NCBI GenBank assembly: GCA_048882505.1
Contig: JBHLRO010000015.1
Location: 64,391-94,706, forward strand
Reading direction: 5' to 3'
DNA length: 30,316 bases
From: Candidatus Thorarchaeota archaeon
GTDB taxonomy: Archaea > Asgardarchaeota > Heimdallarchaeia > Hodarchaeales > Hodarchaeaceae
Of the stretch, positions 16,798 to 25,166 are shown piece after piece. Below the pieces are notes generated by a model, which made no database searches, was not told where the DNA came from, and saw only the letters and a list, made by a program, of their open reading frames with translations. The stretch's first letter is position 1; the number at the start of each line of letters is the position of its first letter. The position numbers and the translations under genes were made by a program.

Positions 16798-17463
16798 TTG
16801 GCTTCTCTTTTTTTCTTTTTATTTATTCTAGATCTAGCCTTTCTAACGATCATCAATTCAATTGATGGAGCTATCCTACTCATTCTGATTGTTCCTTGGA
16901 CATTTGCAATCTATGGGGTTCTTTGTTTTCCAGGCTTTCGATTTTCAAGAGCTGATATCCTCCATCATATGACAGGGAGGCTTTATTGGCTCGGAAAAGG
17001 GGCGTTCCAGTCTACATTAATTGCCGTTTTTAATCTTATGAGTGTTGGAATCTTGGTCTCCGACCAGCAGCTTGCGCAAGTCGATCGTTATCTCGGGGGC
17101 GTTACCTCCCTTCTCATCTTGCTTTTTTTACCTCTTCCAGGTTTTCTAATCCTTTCGCTCAAACAGGAAGATATGAAACGCGTTAGCGATCTCATATATC
17201 GAGAAATGACAGACCAAGGAGAGGTGCCCGCCTTTCTTGGGGTGATGGCTGAACTCTTAAGAACATCTGATAGATTTTCTGAGGTTTTTCGCTCACAACT
17301 CGATATTGTCCTCCAGGATTCGTCTCGGTTTCTCAAAGCGAATTTCCAAGCAATTTCACCATATTTTAGTCAGGATTTGGCATTTCATCTCAGTCTCGAA
17401 AATCTTGTCGTTCTCTTAACAAAAAAAGTCTTTGCTCCTGAAATCCGCTCTGAATTCGGTTGA
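16798..17463 (+). CDS. Hypothetical membrane protein (about 4 N-terminal TM helices + soluble C-terminal domain)
   Basis: Hydrophobic segments in aa 1-120; starts 20 bp after the Roadblock stop. Confidence 0.7.
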   Translation: MASLFFFLFILDLAFLTIINSIDGAILLILIVPWTFAIYGVLCFPGFRFSRADILHHMTGRLYWLGKGAFQSTLIAVFNLMSVGILVSDQQLAQVDRYLGGVTSLLILLFLPLPGFLILSLKQEDMKRVSDLIYREMTDQGEVPAFLGVMAELLRTSDRFSEVFRSQLDIVLQDSSRFLKANFQAISPYFSQDLAFHLSLENLVVLLTKKVFAPEIRSEFG

Positions 17464-17630
17464 GATTTCCCAGCTCGATGTGTTTGGTTTTTACGGCTAA
17501 AATTTAAAATTCAAGGCAAAGGTGGGGGGAAACAGTAGCAAGGAACGATTAAGTTTCACATCTAAATTTAGGAGTATTGAAAACCAGCTAAATTTTTAGA
17601 ATGGGTTCATTTAAACAGGGTGTAACCTTT

Positions 17631-17909
17631 ATGGGTAAAAAACGTAAATCCGGTGGAAGAAGTAAAGGTGGGAAAGGAAATCTCGGTAAGGTTCAGTGTT
17701 CCTCATGTGGGCGTCTAGTTCCGCGGGACAAAGCGAAACGAAAGACATCATACAAATCATTGGTTGATTTCTCGGTTGGGAAGGAACTACGCCAAAGCGG
17801 TACTCGTATAGCTCGTGTTCCCTACGTTCGATATTTCTGCGTTTCGTGTGCTATTCATAGACATCAGGTAAAGATCCGATCTGCTGATGAACGAAAGTCT
17901 GGTAGGTAA
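17631..17909 (+). CDS. rps26e: 30S ribosomal protein S26e (eS26)
   Basis: KKRKSGGRSKGGKG...VQCSSCGRLVPRDKA...YFCVSCAIHRHQVKIRS. Start placed at ATG 17631 by similarity to the family N-terminus. Confidence 0.95.
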   Translation: MGKKRKSGGRSKGGKGNLGKVQCSSCGRLVPRDKAKRKTSYKSLVDFSVGKELRQSGTRIARVPYVRYFCVSCAIHRHQVKIRSADERKSGR

Positions 17910-17963
17910 GCCAGCCATCCCAAAACAATTTTTAACATATCCAGAATTTACAAATTTTCGGGT

Positions 17964-17985
17964 GGAAAACCTCCGGTTTTCCTTT
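17964..17985 (+). terminator. Hairpin + T-run downstream of rps26e
   Basis: GGAAAACC-TCC-GGTTTTCC perfect 8-bp stem followed by TTT. Confidence 0.35.
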
Positions 17986-18063
17986 CAAGTCTTAGTTATT
18001 TCTGAGTTGAAGGAATCGAACTTTGGTTCTAGTTCCATCATAATGAAGTTTGTGGTTTATGAA

Positions 18064-18138
18064 GGGCTCGTGGCTCAGCATGGATAGAGCATCTGGCTTC
18101 GGACCAGAGGGTCGTGCGTTCAAATCGCACCGAGCCCG
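18064..18138 (+). tRNA. tRNA-Arg (anticodon TCG), intron-less, CCA not encoded
   Basis: Acceptor GGGCTCG/CGAGCCC, anticodon arm TCTGG-CTTCGGA-CCAGA, T arm GTGCG-TTCAAAT-CGCAC, discriminator G. Confidence 0.95.
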
Positions 18139-18155
18139 TTTTCAAATCACGCCAT

Positions 18156-19082
18156 ATGTCACCTCGTTCACATCTCAGTAAGGCTTTTGGAGCGAATTTC
18201 GTGTCACATAAGAAGCTTCTCTGGCTTGAACACACTCATCGATGCTGTGATTGTCCTTCGAACCATTTGAATTGCTTAAGTGCGAAAGAATGGACAAAAC
18301 ACATGATTGGGGTATGGGAATTCCGTTATGAGAAGCGAGACATACGTGATAAAAAGATACACCCTGCTAGCTTCCCGATTTCCCTTGCTAAGAAGATTAT
18401 CTCGACCTATTCACACATGGGCGAAGTAATACTGGATCCATTCAATGGTGTGGGTACAACGCTCGTAGCCGCAAAAGATCTCCAAAGACATGCCCTTGGA
18501 TTCGACCTCAATCCAGAATATTGTAGGATTGCCAGGGAACGTATTCAAACTCCAGTTCTCACAGATTTTTTTGAAGGTTCGGAGAATCAGCTCCGCTATG
18601 AAGTCATTAATGATGATGCAATGAATTTACTTGATTATATTCCTCCCAGGTCAATAGATTTGGTTGTAACCAGTCCACCGTATGCAAACATCCTTGACAA
18701 GGAACGTACTAACAAGAGTAAACATTCCACAAAGCGAAAAGATTCACGCTTAGGTATTAAGGAACAGTATAGTGACGATAATCATGACTTGGGTACTCAA
18801 ATCCCGGGGGTATTCATTGTTACGCTTCAAAAGATTTGTTCAAGGTTATTGGAAGTTCTTAAGCCGAAAAAGCGGTTGATCATTAATATTAGGGATGTGG
18901 TTCCTTTTTTCATTCAGCCAGCATTGGTCCCTTCTTTGGAAGAAGTAGGATTTAGTCTAAAGAATATTATAGTGTGGGATAAAAGACCACTCATTCAAAA
19001 TATGGGAATTTTTGGTTGGCCGTCCAATTTTATTGTGCTGAACAGTGCGTATGAATATATTTTCGAGTTTACTTCTCAATAG
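18156..19082 (+). CDS. Solitary N4-cytosine/N6-adenine DNA methyltransferase (permuted motif order)
   Basis: HPASFP, ILDPFNGVGTT (motif I), GFDLNPEY, VVTSPPY (motif IV) and NIIVWDK. Start moved downstream of the tRNA (ATG 18156 or GTG 18201). Confidence 0.85.
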   Translation: MSPRSHLSKAFGANFVSHKKLLWLEHTHRCCDCPSNHLNCLSAKEWTKHMIGVWEFRYEKRDIRDKKIHPASFPISLAKKIISTYSHMGEVILDPFNGVGTTLVAAKDLQRHALGFDLNPEYCRIARERIQTPVLTDFFEGSENQLRYEVINDDAMNLLDYIPPRSIDLVVTSPPYANILDKERTNKSKHSTKRKDSRLGIKEQYSDDNHDLGTQIPGVFIVTLQKICSRLLEVLKPKKRLIINIRDVVPFFIQPALVPSLEEVGFSLKNIIVWDKRPLIQNMGIFGWPSNFIVLNSAYEYIFEFTSQ

Positions 19083-19104
19083 AATCTAGATTAGAAAGCA
19101 TGAT

Positions 19105-19155
19105 AGAAAAAGAAATCGAGCTGGCCGAAGGTGGGCTGAAGAGCTTCCTCGGCTC
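19105..19155 (-). terminator. Hairpin + U-tract immediately after the EF-2 stop
   Basis: Minus strand GAGCCGAGG...CCTTCGGCCAGCTC followed by GATTTCTTTTTCT. Confidence 0.4.
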
Positions 19156-21590
19156 TACAATTTGTCGTAATAGTCTTCTGGCTTTGGTGGGAGTGGATTG
19201 TGGAATCCTTTTCGCTTTCTAGTCTCTAATACGTATTTCCTAGCTAAGCTACCCCCTTGCTCTTCATCCTTGGTCGGATCGCCCGGGATCTTTTCCCATC
19301 TGGCAAAGACCATCTGGGAAAAAGCAAAGCCTGATGTTTCTGATCTTAGTTCAGTGGTGATACCAAAAGATTCGGTGACCGGTACTTCAGCAATGATAAC
19401 ATTGAGAGGGGTTCCTTCGCGCTTTTTGGTGTCAATGACCCGTCCACGGCGCTTTGTAAGAACTTTGTACACATTACCAAGGTATTGTTCCGGAACCTGA
19501 ACCTGAACTTTGTAAATTGGTTCCAATAAAATCGGCTCCGCCATTAACATCGCCCCAAAACAAGCGCGCCGACTCACGGGCATAACCTGCCCTGCTCCAC
19601 GATGAACCGGATCTTCGTGGAGCTTGACATCCTCGAGCATAAATTGAATACCATAGAACGGTTCTCCGCAGAGAGGCCCTTCTTTTGCAGCCCATCTAAA
19701 TCCTTGGACAATATAGTCCTTAACCTCACGTAAATATTGTACTCCTTTTGTACTATCAATGTAAAAGTTTGGGGAATCTTCCTCGGGACCCATTCCCCAC
19801 ACCTTACGCCCGATTTTGGAATCCCAACCCGCTTCATCTCGTAAGATGCGACCCATATCACGGCGGTCTGTGTACTGTCCAATCGTTTTGTTCTCTATCA
19901 ATCTGATAACTTTGGAATCTAATGGAGCTGCTCTGACCCACAATCGGTTGTGTTTATTAGGTGATTTTGCTAATGCCTGCATATAAGATTCTGATTGCAC
20001 TGATTCTCGGAAAACCACGATAGGATCAGATTGAGTTACCTCAATTTTCTGTAAATCTTGAAGATCCTTGACTGCGATTTCCAGATGTAATTCTCCGGTT
20101 CCTGAAACTAAAAATTCCCCTGTTTCTTCATTAACCTTAGTACGGAGTGAGGGATCGACTAGTTCCAATAATTGAAGTCCTTCTGCGAGTTTGGGAAGTT
20201 CGCTAGGTGATTTTGCTTCAATTGCAATTGTTACCACTGGCTCTACAGCATAAGAAAGAGCGTTAAAGGGTTGAACCAACTCGTTAGTAGTTATTGTACT
20301 ACTGGCGGTTGCTCCACGAAGACCTTGTAAAGCTACAATATTTCCGGCCGGAATAGCGTCAACTTTTTCAGGTTTAGCCCCCATTAACATGGAAACTTGC
20401 TGAATATTCGTAACGAATGTGCGTTCTTTACTTCCCAACTGATATCCTGGTAGAAGTGCTGTAATCTTTTGGCCTGCCCTGACAGTTCCAGAAAAAATAC
20501 GTCCCATAGCAATGATACGTTTAGCTCGGCCTGGAATCATTTTTGAAATTGAAATCATTACAGGAGCATCTTTATCACATTCAAGTAGTCCCTTAGCCTC
20601 TTTACTCTCCATATCACCTTCCCAAAAGCTTTTGAATCGATATTCCTGGGCTTTTTTGGGAGACGGACAAAATTGAATAACCATATCAAGAACTGCTTTT
20701 TCTACTGGTAGCCATTTCTCTAAAAGGGCTTTAGCTATGCGTTTTGGGCTTTCTAAGTACACAGATTCGTCTACCTTTAGAGTGAGCTGATCAGCAACCT
20801 TTTTAAGTGCGTCTATATCCTTTGCTTCTGCTTTTTCGTAGATTTCATATGCAGGTTTGAGAACTCCGTTAACAAAGTTTGTCTTCGTCCAGAGGTTCTT
20901 TATCAATGTATCAAGTGGTTGGCCTGTTTTTTCATGCCATATATTGGCCAATGCGGGGATAGTAAGTCCGAACCGGTGAATGGCAGAACCAAAAGCCACG
21001 GTCCCCTCTCGAGGATCGACCCTCCAAGCTTTTTTATACTCTTTAGGAGCGTAGGTTTCAATCAGGGTATTAAATTCCTTGATAATCTTCTTAAATTGTT
21101 CATAGGCATCGTCTGGACTCATACGCATTTCAGTGATCAAACGATCGACCTTGTTGATGATCAATACTGGTCGAACCCGTTCTATCAATGCCTGCCTAGT
21201 GACAACCTCCGTCTGGACCATCACCCCTTCAACGGCATCTACGACCACCAAGGCCCCGTCTACCACGCGCAATGCTGAAGTTACCTCACCCGAAAAGTCA
21301 ACATGACCGGGAGTGTCCTGGAGATTAATTAGATATGTTTCACCAGCAAAATCATGAACTAGAGAAATTCCCGTAGTCTTGATAGTAATACCTCGTTCTT
21401 GTTCATCCTCTCGTGTGTCGGTGGCCCGAGCTTCTCCTGCTACCTTTTCCGCCAAGAGGCCACTTGCGGCTAGTAGGGAATCAGTCAAGGTACTCTTCCC
21501 ATGGTCAATATGAGCGATAACTCCTAGATTTCTGACCAGGTTTTGGTTATAAAGCAGTTTTTGGGCTGCTTCAATGGTAAATTTTGGCAA
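19155..21590 (-). CDS. fusA: Translation elongation factor 2 (aEF-2, eukaryote-like)
   Basis: AHIDHGKSTL, ERGITI, DTPGHVDF, NKVDR, GTGELHLE, KSPNKHN and diphthamide loop HEDPVHRGAGQ; ends YYDKL; TTG start after GGGTG. Confidence 0.98.
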   Translation of the reverse strand: MPKFTIEAAQKLLYNQNLVRNLGVIAHIDHGKSTLTDSLLAASGLLAEKVAGEARATDTREDEQERGITIKTTGISLVHDFAGETYLINLQDTPGHVDFSGEVTSALRVVDGALVVVDAVEGVMVQTEVVTRQALIERVRPVLIINKVDRLITEMRMSPDDAYEQFKKIIKEFNTLIETYAPKEYKKAWRVDPREGTVAFGSAIHRFGLTIPALANIWHEKTGQPLDTLIKNLWTKTNFVNGVLKPAYEIYEKAEAKDIDALKKVADQLTLKVDESVYLESPKRIAKALLEKWLPVEKAVLDMVIQFCPSPKKAQEYRFKSFWEGDMESKEAKGLLECDKDAPVMISISKMIPGRAKRIIAMGRIFSGTVRAGQKITALLPGYQLGSKERTFVTNIQQVSMLMGAKPEKVDAIPAGNIVALQGLRGATASSTITTNELVQPFNALSYAVEPVVTIAIEAKSPSELPKLAEGLQLLELVDPSLRTKVNEETGEFLVSGTGELHLEIAVKDLQDLQKIEVTQSDPIVVFRESVQSESYMQALAKSPNKHNRLWVRAAPLDSKVIRLIENKTIGQYTDRRDMGRILRDEAGWDSKIGRKVWGMGPEEDSPNFYIDSTKGVQYLREVKDYIVQGFRWAAKEGPLCGEPFYGIQFMLEDVKLHEDPVHRGAGQVMPVSRRACFGAMLMAEPILLEPIYKVQVQVPEQYLGNVYKVLTKRRGRVIDTKKREGTPLNVIIAEVPVTESFGITTELRSETSGFAFSQMVFARWEKIPGDPTKDEEQGGSLARKYVLETRKRKGFHNPLPPKPEDYYDKL

Positions 21591-21860
21591 TGATTACACC
21601 CTATTTAAAGAAAGCATGTTAAAGATGATTATTTCCGTTTTGTCTTTGCAATACATGAATTCTTATTAAAATAATCCTATCTGGTCGTTTTTAGCTATCT
21701 TTTTTAAAAAAAGTTGATAATCGTAGGCTTAATTGCTTTTGTCAGAATAAAGGATATTATTACTATCAAAAATCCGATTTTAACGACGGATGGTTTTATT
21801 GAATGGGTGATTCGTCTTTAAACTCTCAATAAAACCATAAGCATCCTGGAGGTATCCTTA

Positions 21861-22094
21861 ATTCTCGATAAGGAAAAGATAAATCAAATTCTGATTGAAT
21901 TTCAGAATATTTTAAAAAAATATAGACCTAATGCTCAGGAATTACAGTTGATCAACACTAAGATATCTCAGATGACAGCAAGAAATATCGAGAGGCAATA
22001 TGCCCAAAAACCGTTATCGACAAAACAAAAACAAGTGAAACATCCCCAAAAGCCGCAAAAATCAAAAAAGTGGCATAAGATTAAGATAGATTGA
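21861..22094 (+). CDS. Small basic hypothetical protein (77 aa), probable ATT start; absent from the ORF track
   Basis: Stop-free frame 21822-22094; GGAGGT at 21848-21853 lies 7 nt before in-frame ATT. Product MLDKEKINQILIEFQNILKKYRPNAQELQLINTKISQMTARNIERQYAQK...KWHKIKID. Confidence 0.55.
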   Translation: MLDKEKINQILIEFQNILKKYRPNAQELQLINTKISQMTARNIERQYAQKPLSTKQKQVKHPQKPQKSKKWHKIKID

Positions 22095-22123
22095 TGGGCT
22101 CTCCCTTCCGCACATGGTACGGG

Positions 22124-22723
22124 TCAGTCGGTTGATTTTTCCACCGCGGGTTTTGTTAAATCATTCAATAGATTCATAATCGGTATAATTTTGCCCCTAT
22201 GATTTGCAAAAACGATGGACATATCCCAATTTGTTCCAAAAGTAACACCGCAGAGAATGGATTGGAAACCAACCTCGTCACATTCTTCAAACATGCTTTC
22301 CTGATTTGGCGAGAAATTATATTGAAATGGTGTCCACATCTGTGACGTTGTTCGTGATTTAACTTCGATCGTAAATCCCTGTATGCGAAGTATGGAATCA
22401 TCACTTTGCAAAAATCGAGGCAAGCCTTCATTCATATAGAACCAAGATGTGAGGAGGTCTTTTACAGATCTTTGAAGTGTCATATTTTCAGTAATCGGGC
22501 CTAAACCGAAGAAATCCATGGTTTGTTGGTACTTCCGAAGAAAGTCGACCTTTCGTCCCTTAATGCTTGCATCGTCTAAGAATCGGAGGACGTCTTTCGG
22601 ACGAAGAACCAGTAACGGGAACTGCTGGCTGATAAAGTATCGAACAAACTCCTCTGCTATTAATCCCCTAAGAACTGAGTTTTTTCCTGTCAAAATATTG
22701 TATGAAGAAGCCAGCAAAATCAC
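22124..22723 (-). CDS. Hypothetical PD-(D/E)XK nuclease-superfamily protein
   Basis: AEEFV (E), TMDFFG (D), FTIEVKSR (ExK) and FSPNQ are in the order of the restriction-endonuclease-like core. Confidence 0.6.
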   Translation of the reverse strand: MILLASSYNILTGKNSVLRGLIAEEFVRYFISQQFPLLVLRPKDVLRFLDDASIKGRKVDFLRKYQQTMDFFGLGPITENMTLQRSVKDLLTSWFYMNEGLPRFLQSDDSILRIQGFTIEVKSRTTSQMWTPFQYNFSPNQESMFEECDEVGFQSILCGVTFGTNWDMSIVFANHRGKIIPIMNLLNDLTKPAVEKSTD

Positions 22724-22747
22724 CCCGGAGTTGAAACGAAATACACG

Positions 22748-23575
22748 CTAAAGAAGGGTCACTGTACCATTTGAAAGGGCCATTTCTTGAGATTCAGGAG
22801 TTTTTAAGATTAAGTGACCATACTTACTGAGTCCAATAGCAGTTCCTTTATATTCTTGATCTCGAGTAAGAACTTGAATCTTCATACCGAGAATATTGGG
22901 AAATCCTTTCCATGCATCAAGAAGGGCCTGAACACCATGGATCTTTAATTCATCAATACTAGCCACAATTTTCTTAATGATCTTCGCCAACAATTCATCG
23001 AGAGGGATTTCGCGTTTAAGTTCCTCTAATGTTGAAGTAATACGATCCCGAAGTGATCGTGAATATTGATTTAAGTGGGTGTTGACGTTCAGGCCAAATC
23101 CGATGATCAGATAATTTAAGGAAAACTGCGTTACACTACTTTCAACGATAATTCCCCCCAATTTTCTATGACTGCCAGTAACCAGAAGATCATTGGGCCA
23201 TTTAAGAAGGGGAGTAATTTCAAATTTCTGCAAAGCTCGCGCAATTCCCACCGCAGCTATTAATGGTACCAATCCAATATATCGTAGTTCGATCTCCGGC
23301 TTGATTGCCAAAGAGGCCCATAGACCCCCGCGCGGGGATTCCCAGAAATCATCCTTATAACCTTTACCGGCAGTTTGAGTCGCTGCCACGATAGCAACTC
23401 CTATTTGGGCTTGTTTTTCCACGAATCTTTTTGCAAGTCTGTTTGTCGAGCCGATTTCATCGAAATAGAAGATGGTATGACATAAATCTACTCCGATTCT
23501 ATCCGTTTTCACTGGATCAGGCAATATTACACATCTTCCGACCAAAGATCTTTGGAAACGGGCGAATTTAATCAA
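22748..23575 (-). CDS. birA: Biotin--[acetyl-CoA carboxylase] ligase (class I BPL, no HTH)
   Basis: EIGSTN, QTAGKG...WESPRGGLWAS, KWPNDL, RKLGGII and IGFGLNVN motifs, plus a C-terminal SH3-like region. Confidence 0.92.
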   Translation of the reverse strand: MIKFARFQRSLVGRCVILPDPVKTDRIGVDLCHTIFYFDEIGSTNRLAKRFVEKQAQIGVAIVAATQTAGKGYKDDFWESPRGGLWASLAIKPEIELRYIGLVPLIAAVGIARALQKFEITPLLKWPNDLLVTGSHRKLGGIIVESSVTQFSLNYLIIGFGLNVNTHLNQYSRSLRDRITSTLEELKREIPLDELLAKIIKKIVASIDELKIHGVQALLDAWKGFPNILGMKIQVLTRDQEYKGTAIGLSKYGHLILKTPESQEMALSNGTVTLL

Positions 23576-24034
23576 CTACTCACGAAAAAACCGTTTAATA
23601 CGATTTGCAACAATGATAAACGTACCAATCAAGGTGAAAGCGAGAAAATATGCGGAAAAAAAGCGTTGGAATGGGGAGAGGGCACTAATTTCTGGAGGAA
23701 AAAAGGGTTCCGTTAGAAAGAATAATAGAAAGCCTCCAAAAAAGAGGAGCATAAAGAGTATGGTGAGGGATAGGACGCGTTGTAACGTAGGAGGCGCGGC
23801 AGATGGCTGAATCCACCAATCTTCTGAAATTGTGCAAACGATCGTAGTAATCACGATGGATCCGCCAAGGATACTCCCCGTCATTGCAATAAAATAGGTA
23901 CTAAATTCAAGGTTGAGAATTAATAACGCGAAAAGCGAAAGGGGGATTTGAGCGACCAAGGTTAATCCGAAAACTACAAGGATCAGGCCAATACCATCTA
24001 ACCGAGACCATGAAAACTGAACAACGGAGGTCAT
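23576..24034 (-). CDS. Hypothetical membrane protein (about 4 TM)
   Basis: Four hydrophobic stretches; abuts the birA start and lies 17 bp from the PDCD5 stop. Confidence 0.75.
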   Translation of the reverse strand: MTSVVQFSWSRLDGIGLILVVFGLTLVAQIPLSLFALLILNLEFSTYFIAMTGSILGGSIVITTIVCTISEDWWIQPSAAPPTLQRVLSLTILFMLLFFGGFLLFFLTEPFFPPEISALSPFQRFFSAYFLAFTLIGTFIIVANRIKRFFRE

Positions 24035-24051
24035 ATTATGCGTTACCTTAC

Positions 24052-24399
24052 CTACCGTCGTTTAAATGTAATTTTACTTTCGCGTTTGGTTTGGGTTAGT
24101 TGCTGCAATAGCTGTTTCAGCTGCGTATCATTTATTTTCTCTGAAAGCCTTCTTGTCTGGGCCAAAGTAATCAATTGGTTTTCTAGGGCTGTTGCTTCGG
24201 AAGGACGGGCTAGTTTAATACGAGCTAACCGCTCACGAGCAGCATTTGTTAAGATCCCCTTTAGGATCATCTGACGTTGTTGTTCTATTTGGCGCTGTTG
24301 TTCTTCCTGTTGTGCTTGGGCCACTTGCTCATTCTGGAGCTGAGCTAGACGTTTCTTTCTGAGGGCCTCTAATTCAGGATCTTCTTCCGACAACTTCAT
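24052..24399 (-). CDS. PDCD5-like DNA-binding protein / prefoldin partner (COG2118)
   Basis: DPELEALRKKRLAQLQ...ILTNAARERLARIKLARP...LENQLITLAQ...KINDTQLKQLL. Start likely ATG 24399 (or TTG 24393), not 24471. Confidence 0.93.
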   Translation of the reverse strand: MKLSEEDPELEALRKKRLAQLQNEQVAQAQQEEQQRQIEQQRQMILKGILTNAARERLARIKLARPSEATALENQLITLAQTRRLSEKINDTQLKQLLQQLTQTKRESKITFKRR

Positions 24400-24518
24400 A
24401 CCAACCTTTGAGGTTGTCTCTCTATCTTGATTTTGTTCAAATAGAGAGATATTTGCGTGCTTTTTTCTCATTATATGGATTATAATTTGCCAAATTAAAA
24501 TCTTAAGAAATGGATTCG

Positions 24519-24968
24519 CTAATACTTCTCGAGTTCGGGGATCTGTTTTTTCACTTGGAAAGCAATATTATCTACAAAGGACCGTCCCTCTGGAGACATG
24601 ACTCGTCCCTTATAGCCCGCTCGTGTTGTGACATACCCAGCTTTTTCTAATTGATGAATTGCGTGCCTAATCACTGCACCAGAACCGCTATACGTTTTTT
24701 CTGGCTTACCTCCCCTATTTCGCCTTCCTCCGTACATCTTCCGTAAATGTAAAACACCAATGGGTTCGTGAAGATATATCTTCCTTAATACTGAAGCGAC
24801 ACGGATGTACCACCAATCTCCCCTATTTTCTGGGGCATTTTGCCTCGAAACACTTAATTTAACAAACGGTGCCCATTCTGGGGGCTTGAAAACATCCTCA
24901 TTTTGCTTTAATTCGGCCGACATTGCTTCAATCAGTAACTTGCTAGGAATCATATTAGCTGTAACCAT
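24519..24968 (-). CDS. rps19e: 30S ribosomal protein S19e (eS19)
   Basis: PPEWAPFVK...WWYIRVASVLRKIY...YGGRRNRG...GSGAVIRHAIHQLEKAG...GRVMSPEG. Confidence 0.97.
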   Translation of the reverse strand: MVTANMIPSKLLIEAMSAELKQNEDVFKPPEWAPFVKLSVSRQNAPENRGDWWYIRVASVLRKIYLHEPIGVLHLRKMYGGRRNRGGKPEKTYSGSGAVIRHAIHQLEKAGYVTTRAGYKGRVMSPEGRSFVDNIAFQVKKQIPELEKY

Positions 24969-25166
24969 AATTGCTTCTCCAAATAGGATAGAATTCCTTA
25001 ACTCGAATTTTAAACCCGTTAGAGGAATCTGGTGTGGCTTTTTTAGTTGTTGTGCATCCTTCTCTTACATAAACAAGACACAAAAATCTAAGATTTTCTC
25101 AAGGATTCGTATAAGAAATCCAGAAACGGACGTAACCCAGACTCTATCTATGTCGAGGAATTTGGT

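Noticed and set aside
18119-18148. TTCAAATC repeated in the tRNA T-loop and just downstream, as a possible att scar
   Set aside because: Only 8 bp and AT-rich; no duplicated tRNA 3' end or integrase elsewhere in the window
18114-18155. Track start of the methyltransferase at 18114, and ORFs 17887..18087 and 18038..18235
   Set aside because: They overlap the tRNA-Arg gene, so the MTase start was moved downstream and the others are treated as spurious
18156-22723. Methyltransferase + PD-(D/E)XK protein as a restriction-modification pair
   Set aside because: Separated by ~3 kb including EF-2, on opposite strands, and the nuclease belongs to the birA gene run
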